This document shows positions 18,053 through 26,544 of a stretch of 64,000 nt of DNA, one piece after another. Origin of the DNA: an uncultured Chloroflexota bacterium (GTDB lineage: Bacteria > Chloroflexota > Anaerolineae > Aggregatilineales > Phototrophicaceae). The notes below the pieces were generated by a model. The model saw only the letters and a program-made list of their open reading frames with translations, was not told where the DNA came from and did no database searches. The stretch is taken from contig CAIPFY010000373.1 in assembly GCA_903864435.1 (NCBI GenBank), positions 15,829-79,828 on the forward strand, read 5' to 3'. A program made the translations under genes and the position numbers. Each line of letters starts with the position of its first letter. Within the stretch, counting starts at the first letter, position 1.

Positions 18053-19285
18053 TCACAGCGGGCGGTACAGCAAACGCTCGATAGTTTCGGCAGTCACCTG
18101 CCCATGATGCAGCGCCACCGCTGTCTCGGCCTCCTCGAACACATCCAGCGACGGGCTACTGCTCAGGCTGTCCGTCCCCAGATAAACCGGCACCGACTGC
18201 GCCAAGAACTGCTCCAGCGGCATCCGTCCGCAGCACAGGCGCAAATTGCTGCGCGGACAGTGAACCACCTGCGACCCGCTGGCTTGAATGCGCCGGATGT
18301 CGTCGGCGTCCACCTGTACGGCGTGTGCCAGCAGCGGCTTGAGCGCCAGCGCCCCCAAATCTTCGAGGTAGCGCACGGGCGTGGTGTACGGCACGGGGAT
18401 GTCGGAGGCGATGTTGGCCTGATGCACCGCCATTGCGCCCGTCCCAGCCTTCAAATACTGGTATTCTTCGGGGCTTTCGGCGACATGGATGCACAGCGGC
18501 AACTGTTCCGCCCGCGCATAGTCCAGCGCCTTGCGCCACAGGTCGGGGTGGACGGTGTAGGGCGCGTGCAGCGTCAGGCCGATGCGCATCCCGTTGCGCT
18601 CTTTAGACCGCCAGCGTTCGATCACGTCACGGGCGCGTTCAAAGCGTTCGTCGGCGATCTTCGACCACGGGGCGAGGGCTTCCATGTAGACCACGCCCGC
18701 CAGACCGGATTCCAGCAGCGGCTCGATGCTCAGGCCGGAAGCGGTGATGTCGCCTACATGGGTGGTGCCAGCCTCGATGAGCGCGGCGATTCCGGCTTCG
18801 GCGGCATGGCGAAATACCGTCGTATAGTCGGCGCTCTCGCGGACGCGCATATTGGCGCGTACCAGCCCTTGAATCCATTCCAGAAACGGCTGACCGGCCA
18901 TGCGCGGACAGAGCGAGGCCGCCCATGTCAGTTCCAGATGGGTGTGGGCGTTGGTGACGGCGTTCACGCTGCGCGCCGCCGCCAGCGGGGTATCGTAGTG
19001 ATTGAAGGCTGTATCCAAGCCGCTGATTTGCAGCACCTCGCGCACCCGATCCGAAGGCGACGCGAGACGCAGGTTATCCGTCAGTTCGTTCAGGCGACGC
19101 AGGGCGCGTAGCCCCGCACCGCTCAGGTAATCCACGCCCGAAAGGTCGAGCAGCAGGGCGGCATGGCGCGTCTCGTAATCCTGCGCCAGTTCGCGGTAGA
19201 GCGCATCGGCAGCGGTGCCGTCCAGCCGTCCGCTGACCGTCACCAGCGTGATAGGCCCGCGTCGTTTCAGCGTCACTTGTGTCAT
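18053..19285 (-). CDS. STAS (anti-sigma-antagonist-like) domain fused to a metal-dependent amidohydrolase (chlorohydrolase/deaminase-like)
   Basis: The N-terminal ~105 aa (VTLKRRGPITLVTVSGRLDGTAADALYREL...LLLDLSGVDYLSGAGLRALRRL...REVLQISGLD) are STAS-like. They are followed by NAHTHLELT, HAPYTV, HVAES, HAV and GTDS amidohydrolase motifs. Confidence 0.8.
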   Translation of the reverse strand: MTQVTLKRRGPITLVTVSGRLDGTAADALYRELAQDYETRHAALLLDLSGVDYLSGAGLRALRRLNELTDNLRLASPSDRVREVLQISGLDTAFNHYDTPLAAARSVNAVTNAHTHLELTWAASLCPRMAGQPFLEWIQGLVRANMRVRESADYTTVFRHAAEAGIAALIEAGTTHVGDITASGLSIEPLLESGLAGVVYMEALAPWSKIADERFERARDVIERWRSKERNGMRIGLTLHAPYTVHPDLWRKALDYARAEQLPLCIHVAESPEEYQYLKAGTGAMAVHQANIASDIPVPYTTPVRYLEDLGALALKPLLAHAVQVDADDIRRIQASGSQVVHCPRSNLRLCCGRMPLEQFLAQSVPVYLGTDSLSSSPSLDVFEEAETAVALHHGQVTAETIERLLYRPL

Positions 19286-19550
19286 GGTGTACATTCCTCT
19301 GCAAGTCCCCGCATTATACCCCAATCGCCCCAAGTGCTATGAACTTCCAACCCACGCTATACCTGAAGAAATGCTGAAGATCGTTTTCCCTTGAGACACC
19401 CATTCCGCCGGATGCAGTATGACAGGGTGAATAACTTTCTTGAGAAATTCGTAAGAAATTGCGCCATTGTGTACAAGCCTCTGCTATGATCGAAAAGTGC
19501 CATTCCAAGTGGCACAACGGGATTATGGGTTACATGATGAGGGAGAACTG

Positions 19551-20675
19551 ATGTCGCGTCGTAGTTTGAACATTCTGGGGATTCTGATTTTGATGGGGAT
19601 CACCGCTGCCGTCAGCGTTGTGGCCTACATCTACACGGTGGGCGGTTCGGGCGAACCGAGTACTAGCATCGAGCAGGCCGCACCCACACTCGACTTGTCC
19701 AGCGTGACGCTGCAAGCGCAGATCGTCGCGCTTAGTACGCAGTTGGCGAACGCACAGGCCACCAGCGCCGCGCTCGCCGCCGCCGAAGTGACGGCTGATC
19801 CGCAGATCGCCGCGCTCAGTACCCAACTGGCGGACGCGCAGGCCACCAACGCCGCGTTGGTCGCTGCCGAAGTGACGGCTGATCCGCAGATCGCCGCGCT
19901 CAGTACCCAATTGGCGGACGCGCAGGCCACCAACGCCGCGTTGGTCGCGCAGTTGGCCGCCAGCGCAGAAGCCACTGCCGAAGCAACAACTGTCCCCCCC
20001 ACCCAAGCGCCTAGCGCCACACCGCTGCCGCCAACAGCTAAACCACCCACCCAAGCGCCTAGCGCCACGCCGCTACCGCCAACAGCTAAACCGACACTTG
20101 AACCCACTGCCGAAGTCGCCGCCGCGCCTGCTGCCACGCTGTTCCGCATCGTGTCCGCCGAGTCCGAGGCGCGGTTCACGCTGACCGAAGACCTGCGCGG
20201 CACATTCACCACCGTCGTCGGCAAGACGAGCGAAGTGGCGGGCGATATTTTCGTGGACTTCGCCAACCCGTCGGCCTCCAAAGTGGGCGAGATCGTCATC
20301 AACGCCCGCACGCTGGCGACGGATAACGACTTCCGCAACCGCGCCCTACGCAGCGAAATCCTCCAGTCGGCGCAGGATGCCTACGAGTTCATCCGCTTCA
20401 CGCCGAGCGAACTGATCGGCCTGCCGGCCAGCCTGAGCGTGGGCGAGGAAGTGACCTTCGAGATTGCGGGCAACCTGACCGTGCGCGACATCACGCAAGC
20501 TGTCACCTTCAGCGTGACCGCCAAAGCCGAGAGCGCCGACCGCCTGACGGGGACGGGCAGCACCACCGTCACCCGCGCCCAGTTCAACCTGAACATCCCG
20601 AATGTGCCGAATGTGGCGAACGTCTCGGACGAGGTGACGCTGGAAATTGACTTCGTGGCGACGAAGGCCGGCTAA
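19551..20675 (+). CDS. Membrane-anchored protein with Ala/Gln-rich repeats, Pro/Thr linker repeats and C-terminal YceI-like domain
   Basis: ATG at 19551 after GAGGGA. One N-terminal TM helix. The C-terminal ~180 aa (FRIVSAESEARFTL...VVGKTSEVAGDI...INARTLATDNDFRNRALRSE...FEIAGNLTVRDITQAVTF) are YceI-like. Confidence 0.8.
   Translation: MSRRSLNILGILILMGITAAVSVVAYIYTVGGSGEPSTSIEQAAPTLDLSSVTLQAQIVALSTQLANAQATSAALAAAEVTADPQIAALSTQLADAQATNAALVAAEVTADPQIAALSTQLADAQATNAALVAQLAASAEATAEATTVPPTQAPSATPLPPTAKPPTQAPSATPLPPTAKPTLEPTAEVAAAPAATLFRIVSAESEARFTLTEDLRGTFTTVVGKTSEVAGDIFVDFANPSASKVGEIVINARTLATDNDFRNRALRSEILQSAQDAYEFIRFTPSELIGLPASLSVGEEVTFEIAGNLTVRDITQAVTFSVTAKAESADRLTGTGSTTVTRAQFNLNIPNVPNVANVSDEVTLEIDFVATKAG
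19782..19949 (+). repeat. 84-bp tandem duplication (2 near-identical copies, plus a degenerate copy upstream from ~19710), in-frame inside the YceI-like gene
   Basis: Copies at 19782-19865 and 19866-19949 differ at 2 positions. Each encodes AEVTADPQIAALSTQLADAQATNAALVA. Confidence 0.9.
19998..20093 (+). repeat. 48-bp tandem duplication (2 copies), in-frame inside the YceI-like gene
   Basis: Copies at 19998-20045 and 20046-20093 each encode PPTQAPSATPLPPTAK, with a few synonymous differences. Confidence 0.9.
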
Positions 20676-20710
20676 CGTCCACCGCCTGCCGTAGACAGAA
20701 CATAGACAGA

Positions 20711-20750
20711 ACAGCGGCGACTCCCGTATAGGAGTCGCCGCTGTTTTTTG
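20711..20750 (+). terminator. Rho-independent terminator
   Basis: ACAGCGGCGACTCC-CGTAT-AGGAGTCGCCGCTGT stem-loop followed by TTTTTT. Confidence 0.85.
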
Positions 20751-21161
20751 TGCCGGTGTGTTGTTGAAAACCGCTAATCTATCGTCAAAGTGCATAAACA
20801 GAATACCATCCTATCGAAATAATAAGAAATAGGCAGATAGCACTATTGAACAACATAGAAAAACCAATCCCGGTTTTTATTGTTGGCTATTCACAATGTC
20901 CCAATTGGGCAGATTGCACACGAGTTATTGAACGAGTTGACCCGCACAGCGGATATAGCCGCCGCCCCACGCCGATTCAGCGTGGGGTTATCTAAAAGTA
21001 CCAAAGGCTTTCATCAAATTTCATACGATTTATTTCATGTATAAACCCGCCAAGCATTCTACCCTCTCTATATCTCCCTGATTCGCGTGTTCGGGCAGCA
21101 TTTTGTAACAGATTGCACCGAATCTCGGCTGTGACCTACTCACCCACTTTTTGGAGGACTC

Positions 21162-22721
21162 ATGAGCCAATCTAATGCCCCGGCGATGAAAAAGACGCTC
21201 GGACTAACCGGCGTCACCGTGAACGCGATGGCGCTAATCGCCCCCGGCGCGTTCTTGTGGATTACCTACCAGCTTCAGGCCGCCAACGTAGATGCGAACG
21301 GGGTGAGTACCGCTGGCGATATGTGGACGGGCATTGTGGCGGCGCTGGTGGTGGCCTTCCTGACGGCCTTCGCCTTCGCGGAACTGGCGCACCGTTACCC
21401 GGATGCGGGCACGGGCAGCGCGTATTATTTCGCTGAAAAAGCCTTTCTGGATCGGGAAGAAGCCAGCCACCGCCGTTGGGCGCGGGTGTTCAAGTTCGTG
21501 ACCGGTTGGGCGGCGCACCTGTTTTACTGGGTGTATCCGGGCGTGATGGTCGCTTTTATGGCAACACTCGTGACCTATATCGCCGGACAGTTCGGCATCA
21601 CGATCCCCGTGTGGGGGCAGATCGTCGTCGCCATCCTGTTCTCGGCGCTGGTCGGCGCGATTGCGTGGCGCGGCATCAGCGGTTCGACCAATGTGGCGAT
21701 TGCCATCAACATCATTCAGTTGGTGACGCTGGTGGTGTTCGCGGTGCTGGCGATTGCCTTCCGCAACGCCAACCCGTTGAACGTCCCGCCCGAAGGCTGG
21801 TATCATGCCGAACCGTCCTCGATCATCATCCCGCACAATTTCGCGGGGATGTTGTTCCAGTCCACCATCGCCATTCTCATTCTGGTGGGTTTCGAGTCCT
21901 CGACGGCGCTAGGTGCGGAAGCCAAAGACGCCAAGCGCGATATTCCGCGTGCCGTCATCATTTCGCTGGTCATTCAGGGCATCTTCGCCTACCTGTTCCA
22001 GTATTTCGCCGCCAACTACGCGCTGGGTAGCTGGCTGGGTGGCGATGTGGCTGGCAATGGCATCACGGCGGCGGCGGCTTCTGGTGCGCCCATCGGCGAT
22101 ATGGCAATCCAGATCGGCAACTCGATGCTAGGCGGGAATGGGTTCGCCTTCATGATCGTGCTGGCAATCAGCGTGGCAATCGCCATCCTCGGCACGACGC
22201 TGGCCGCCATGAACACCGCCGTCCGCATCAGCTTTGCGATGGCGCAGGACGCGGAAATGCCGGAAATCATGGGCTTGCTGCATGGCAAGTATGCCACCCC
22301 GCACATGGGCATCGTGGCGATGGTGGTGGTGTCGGCGATTGTGGCGATGGTGGGCGTCATCGGCGGCGCGGTCACGCTGACGGGCATCACGCTGGCCTCC
22401 AACCTCGGCACATTCGTGCTGTACGGCCTGATCTGCGCGGTCACAGTGGTGGCCTTCGCCGGTCGCCCGGAATTCAGCCTGTTGCGCCACCGCATCATCC
22501 CGATTGCCGGTTTCCTGCTGAACGTGCTGATGTTGGGCGCGATCTTCGTGATCGGCATCGCCACCGGCGGCACGACGGCGCAGGCAACCTATATGGCGCT
22601 AGGCATCTCCGGCGTGTGGTTGCTCATTAGTGTGGCCTACTTCGTCATCAACAGCCGGCAGACGGGCAAAGCGATTATCCCCTCTGTCGAGTCCATGCGT
22701 ACACGCGGTTCAGGCGACTAA
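21162..22721 (+). CDS. APC-superfamily amino acid (or polyamine) permease
   Basis: 519 aa with about 12 or more hydrophobic helices and an N-terminal LGLTGVTVNAMALIAPGAFLW segment typical of APC transporters. RBS GGAGGA. Confidence 0.8.
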   Translation: MSQSNAPAMKKTLGLTGVTVNAMALIAPGAFLWITYQLQAANVDANGVSTAGDMWTGIVAALVVAFLTAFAFAELAHRYPDAGTGSAYYFAEKAFLDREEASHRRWARVFKFVTGWAAHLFYWVYPGVMVAFMATLVTYIAGQFGITIPVWGQIVVAILFSALVGAIAWRGISGSTNVAIAINIIQLVTLVVFAVLAIAFRNANPLNVPPEGWYHAEPSSIIIPHNFAGMLFQSTIAILILVGFESSTALGAEAKDAKRDIPRAVIISLVIQGIFAYLFQYFAANYALGSWLGGDVAGNGITAAAASGAPIGDMAIQIGNSMLGGNGFAFMIVLAISVAIAILGTTLAAMNTAVRISFAMAQDAEMPEIMGLLHGKYATPHMGIVAMVVVSAIVAMVGVIGGAVTLTGITLASNLGTFVLYGLICAVTVVAFAGRPEFSLLRHRIIPIAGFLLNVLMLGAIFVIGIATGGTTAQATYMALGISGVWLLISVAYFVINSRQTGKAIIPSVESMRTRGSGD

Positions 22722-22802
22722 CGAGCGTTCCTGCGGGACAATCTTTTCCGAGAGGAGGCAGCCCCTCCTCTCTTTGAGCATTTTTAGAGGAGCGATCAGA
22801 CC

Positions 22803-23636
22803 GTGTTGAATGCGCCGCAACTGACTGCCTACGGTCACACGCATGTGGGAACTGTGCGCGAGGAAAATCAGGACTCCTTCCGGGTATCCACAGCCGCTGA
22901 ACCACCCCTGCAAGCGTTCGGCGCTCTGTATGCAGTCGCGGACGGGATGGGCGGCTATGAGCATGGCGCGATTGCCAGCGCACAGGCCATCGAGACGTTT
23001 TACGAAACGTTCTATCAGGGCAATCCTCAAAAACCGCCGCAGAACTTGAAGAACGCGGTGCAGGCCGCGAACTGGGCGGTGTATCAGGCTTCGCAGCGGT
23101 TGCGGGCGCGTATGGGGACGACCCTGAGCGCCCTGAATATCATGGGCAATCAGCTTCACCTCAGCCACATCGGGGACAGCCGCGTGTATCTGGTGCGGGG
23201 GCGCAATTCCACCTGTTTGACCAATGACCATACGGCGGTGGGCGAACTGGTGCGGATGCGCGTGCTTTCGCCGGATAAGGTGCGCACCCATGAACGGCGC
23301 TCGGTGCTGCAAAAATGTCTGGGGATGCAGTTGGTGGTGCAACCGGATGTCAGCCAGCACAAACTGGCGGAAGGCGACTACCTCATCCTGTGTACAGACG
23401 GGGTGTGGTCGCATGTCGAAGATCAGGAGTTCGCGCAGATTGCCATCCGGACGGGCGACCCCGAACCGATCAGCCGCGAGCTAATTGATCTGGCGATGCA
23501 GCGCGAAAGTGATGATAATCTGTCTGTCATCACGATTCACATTCAGAAAGTCGCGCCACAGGCCGAAACTTCCGGTGAACGGCGTATGTGGGGACTGCCG
23601 CAGGCGCTACGCGGCAAATTGATGGGCAAAGCGTAA
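22803..23636 (+). CDS. PP2C-family Ser/Thr protein phosphatase
   Basis: HVGTVREENQDSF, YAVADGMGG, LCTDGVW and DDNLSVI motifs. GTG start 10 nt after AGGAG. Confidence 0.9.
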   Translation: MLNAPQLTAYGHTHVGTVREENQDSFRVSTAAEPPLQAFGALYAVADGMGGYEHGAIASAQAIETFYETFYQGNPQKPPQNLKNAVQAANWAVYQASQRLRARMGTTLSALNIMGNQLHLSHIGDSRVYLVRGRNSTCLTNDHTAVGELVRMRVLSPDKVRTHERRSVLQKCLGMQLVVQPDVSQHKLAEGDYLILCTDGVWSHVEDQEFAQIAIRTGDPEPISRELIDLAMQRESDDNLSVITIHIQKVAPQAETSGERRMWGLPQALRGKLMGKA

Positions 23637-23679
23637 GTTAATCTTGGTAAATGAAACGGGCACTCGATATAATAACCCC

Positions 23680-24660
23680 ATGATGATGCTTCAAATTGGC
23701 GACCAATTCGATCGGTATCAAATTCGCTCTCACATGGCTCAGGGTGGGATGGCGGATATTTATCGCGCCTACGACATGATGAGTGGGCAGGATGTGGTAC
23801 TGAAGATACCGAATCGCATGTTAATCGGTGATCCGGCACAGTTCGAACGCTTCCAGCGCGAGCTAGAAGTGACCAACACCCTCAATCATCCCTCGATTCA
23901 AAAGGGGTTGGGGTCAGGGCAATACAACCGCACGCCGTATCTGGTGACAGCCTTCGTGGATGGCAAGCCGCTGCGCGATGTGGTGGCGGAGCAAGGCGCG
24001 ATGCCGACCGAACGGGCGACGGCGCTCATCCGCAAAATCGCGGACGGGATCGCCTATATTCACGAGCATGAAGTGGTTCACCGCGACCTGAAACCCGAAA
24101 ATATCCTGATTACGGCGGATGGGCAACCCGTCATTCTGGATTTCGGTCTGGCGCTGACCAAGAGCGCCCGCCGCGTGACCTATGCCAACCTCACCCCCAG
24201 CGCAGGCACGCCGGACTACATGGCTCCCGAACAAATTGAAGGCCAGCGCGGTGACGAACGCACCGACCTGTACGCCATCGGCACCATGTTCTACGAGCTA
24301 CTCAGCGGGCGCACGCCCTTCTCTGGCGACAGTGTGCAGGTGGTCATGCAGCAGCATCTACAGGGTGCGTTGCCGCGCCTCGATCATGAGCAACCGGGCA
24401 TTTCCCCGCAGATTGCGGCGGTGGTGGCGCGTTGCTTGCAGCGCGATCCCGCCGACCGTTACGCCGATGTACGCGCATTCCTCCACGATCTGGACAACCT
24501 CGACAGCGTGGATTTGTCGGTTCTGGAAAAAGGAACCGGCGCGCAAACCGCGCTGCCGTTCTGGTATTCGCCCACCTTCCGCACGGTGGTGGTCAGCATC
24601 CTCGTTCTGGTTGCCATCGTCGTTCTGGCTCTTGCTGCTCAAGGATTAGCTCCCAAATGA
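23680..24660 (+). CDS. Hanks-type Ser/Thr protein kinase with C-terminal membrane anchor
   Basis: GGMADIYRAYD...VVLKIP, HRDLKPENILI, DFGLA and GTPDYMAPE motifs, with a C-terminal helix VVVSILVLVAIVVLALAA. ATG at 23680 preferred over TTG at 23644. Confidence 0.9.
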   Translation: MMMLQIGDQFDRYQIRSHMAQGGMADIYRAYDMMSGQDVVLKIPNRMLIGDPAQFERFQRELEVTNTLNHPSIQKGLGSGQYNRTPYLVTAFVDGKPLRDVVAEQGAMPTERATALIRKIADGIAYIHEHEVVHRDLKPENILITADGQPVILDFGLALTKSARRVTYANLTPSAGTPDYMAPEQIEGQRGDERTDLYAIGTMFYELLSGRTPFSGDSVQVVMQQHLQGALPRLDHEQPGISPQIAAVVARCLQRDPADRYADVRAFLHDLDNLDSVDLSVLEKGTGAQTALPFWYSPTFRTVVVSILVLVAIVVLALAAQGLAPK

Positions 24661-25991
24661 CCCATCGCTCTGCCGAAGATATTCTCGCCGCTGTCGAATC
24701 CCAGCAAATCAAGTTTGTGGATTTGCAATTCACCGACATTATGGGCGCGGTCAAAAGCATTACCATTCCCGCCCATGAACTGCCCGCCGCGCTGGATCAT
24801 GGCGTGTGGTTCGACGGCTCGTCTATCGAAGGCTTTGCCCGCATCGCCGAAAGCGATATGTACCTCGTCCCTGACCGTTCCACCTTTGCAATGGTGCCGT
24901 GGCTGACGGGCACCGATACCACCGCCCGCTTTATCTGTGATGTGTTCACGCCCAACGATCAGCCCTTCATTGGCGACCCGCGTTCGGTGCTGAAGCGCGT
25001 GCTGGCGGAAGCCGACAAGATGGGGCTGGTCTTTAACACCGGGCCGGAACTGGAATTTTTCCTGCTGAAACCCCACGCCGACGGGAGCATTATTCCGCCC
25101 GTGCCGCAGGATACCGATAGCTACTTCGATATTCCCACCGATTTGATTGGCGGCTTGCGCCACGAAATGACCCGCACGCTCGAAGCGTTCGGGATCACGG
25201 TGGAAGCCATGCACGCCGAAGTGTCGCACGGGCAGCACGAGATTGACTTCCGCTATTCGGACGCGCTGACCACCGCCAACAACGCGGTCACGTTCCGCGT
25301 GGCGCTGAAGGTCATGGCCCGTCAACACGGGCTGCGGGCCACTTTCCTGCCCAAGCCCCTGCGCGGCATGAGTGGCAACGGGATGCACGTCCATCAAAGT
25401 CTGGTCTACAAGGCCAGCGGCGCGAATGCTTTTGCCGACCCCGGCGACCCGTATGGCCTGTCCAAAATCGCCCAACATTTTATCGCCGGCCAGCTGGCAC
25501 ATGCACGCGGGATGTGTGCCATCCTCGCGCCGCTGGTGAACTCGTATAAGCGGCTGGTTCCCGGTTACGAAGCGCCCGTCTACATCAGTTGGGGGCGCAT
25601 CAACCGTTCGGCGCTGCTGCGCGTGCCCCGTGCGCATGGCGTGGAGTCCACGCGCCTTGAACTGCGCTGCCCTGATCCGAGTTGCAACCCGTATCTGGCC
25701 TTCGCGGTCATGCTGGCTGCCGGACTGGACGGCATCCGGCGCGAACTGCCGCTGCCTTCACCGAGCGAAGAAAACCTGTATCTGCTGGAAAATCACCGGG
25801 GGAACGCGCTCTCCACCCTGCCGGGAACGCTGGAAGAAGCGGTAGACGCGCTGGAAGACGATCAGGTGATCCGCGAGGCGCTTGGCCCGCATGTGTACGA
25901 ACGCTTCATCGCCGCCAAACGTTCCGAATGGGACGACTACCGGCTGGAAGTGACCGCGTGGGAACTGAATAAGTACCTCACGTCGTATTAA
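24657..25991 (+). CDS. glnA: Glutamine synthetase type I (alpha-like, 444 aa)
   Basis: FVDLQFTDIMG, FDGSSIEGF, GNGMHVHQS and NSYKRLVPGYEAP motifs. The ATG at 24657 overlaps the kinase stop (ATGA). The listed 24432 start is an out-of-context extension. Confidence 0.95.
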   Translation: MTHRSAEDILAAVESQQIKFVDLQFTDIMGAVKSITIPAHELPAALDHGVWFDGSSIEGFARIAESDMYLVPDRSTFAMVPWLTGTDTTARFICDVFTPNDQPFIGDPRSVLKRVLAEADKMGLVFNTGPELEFFLLKPHADGSIIPPVPQDTDSYFDIPTDLIGGLRHEMTRTLEAFGITVEAMHAEVSHGQHEIDFRYSDALTTANNAVTFRVALKVMARQHGLRATFLPKPLRGMSGNGMHVHQSLVYKASGANAFADPGDPYGLSKIAQHFIAGQLAHARGMCAILAPLVNSYKRLVPGYEAPVYISWGRINRSALLRVPRAHGVESTRLELRCPDPSCNPYLAFAVMLAAGLDGIRRELPLPSPSEENLYLLENHRGNALSTLPGTLEEAVDALEDDQVIREALGPHVYERFIAAKRSEWDDYRLEVTAWELNKYLTSY

Positions 25992-26008
25992 GCGCATATT
26001 TGCGAATC

Positions 26009-26050
26009 AAAACGCCCCGCGCCAGCCAATGCCGACGCGGGGCGTTTTTC
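26009..26050. terminator. Bidirectional rho-independent terminator between glnA and the RDD gene
   Basis: AAAACGCCCCGCG...CGCGGGGCGTTTTT: an 11-bp stem with an A-tract upstream and a T-tract downstream. Confidence 0.85.
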
Positions 26051-26075
26051 ATTCCAAGTGATTTCTATCGGTAGG

Positions 26076-26468
26076 CTAGACCTTCACCACATAGGTGCTG
26101 GCGATTTTGTCGTGCCAGCCCTGCCGATCGCTGTCAAACAGCGCCCAAATCCAGCCGAGTCCGATCACGAAACTGTTGATGAAGTAACCGACATAGCGCA
26201 GGATGGCATCGGCATCGCGGATGGGCGAACCGTCCTTCTTGACCACGCGGATTTTCAACAGGCTCTTGCCCGGTGTCTGCCCGTTTTGGCGCGTGAGGAA
26301 GTACCACGTATAGGCGCAGCCGACGATGAAGCTGAGGATGCCGCCCGCGTTGCCGAAAATGCTGGTCACGATTCCGGTGACGATGCCCAGAATGATGCTG
26401 TCAATCACCAGTGCGAAAAAGCGCGTGCCAACATCGGCGAGTTCATAGGTGGTGCTGTTCTGTCTCAT
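26076..26468 (-). CDS. RDD-family membrane protein
   Basis: RFFALVIDSIILG...GQTPGKSLLKIRVV...RQGWHDKIA is the RDD-family signature. ATG at 26468 (TTG at 26477 is an alternative). Confidence 0.8.
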   Translation of the reverse strand: MRQNSTTYELADVGTRFFALVIDSIILGIVTGIVTSIFGNAGGILSFIVGCAYTWYFLTRQNGQTPGKSLLKIRVVKKDGSPIRDADAILRYVGYFINSFVIGLGWIWALFDSDRQGWHDKIASTYVVKV

Positions 26469-26544
26469 GGCTTTCAACCCCCGTTACATACCGTTCTCAC
26501 TGCTTATTACGCGCAGGAGGTCGCAAAAGTTGCGCGGTTCGGCA

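Noticed and set aside
19782-20093. Tandem 84-bp and 48-bp repeats as CRISPR or minisatellite non-coding DNA
   Set aside because: They are in-frame within a coding sequence, have only two copies each, and have no spacers.
21101-21118. NtcA-type site GTA-N8-TAC upstream of the permease
   Set aside because: Only a near-match (GTA-N8-CAC) is present and there is no properly spaced -10 box that I can verify. It is kept only as a remark inside a low-interest finding.
24432-24656. N-terminal 75-codon extension of glnA in the ORF track
   Set aside because: The extension overlaps the kinase C-terminus in another frame and encodes an Arg-rich low-complexity string. The ATG at 24657 gives a 444-aa GS starting MTHRSAEDILAAV, the normal length and N-terminus for GSI.
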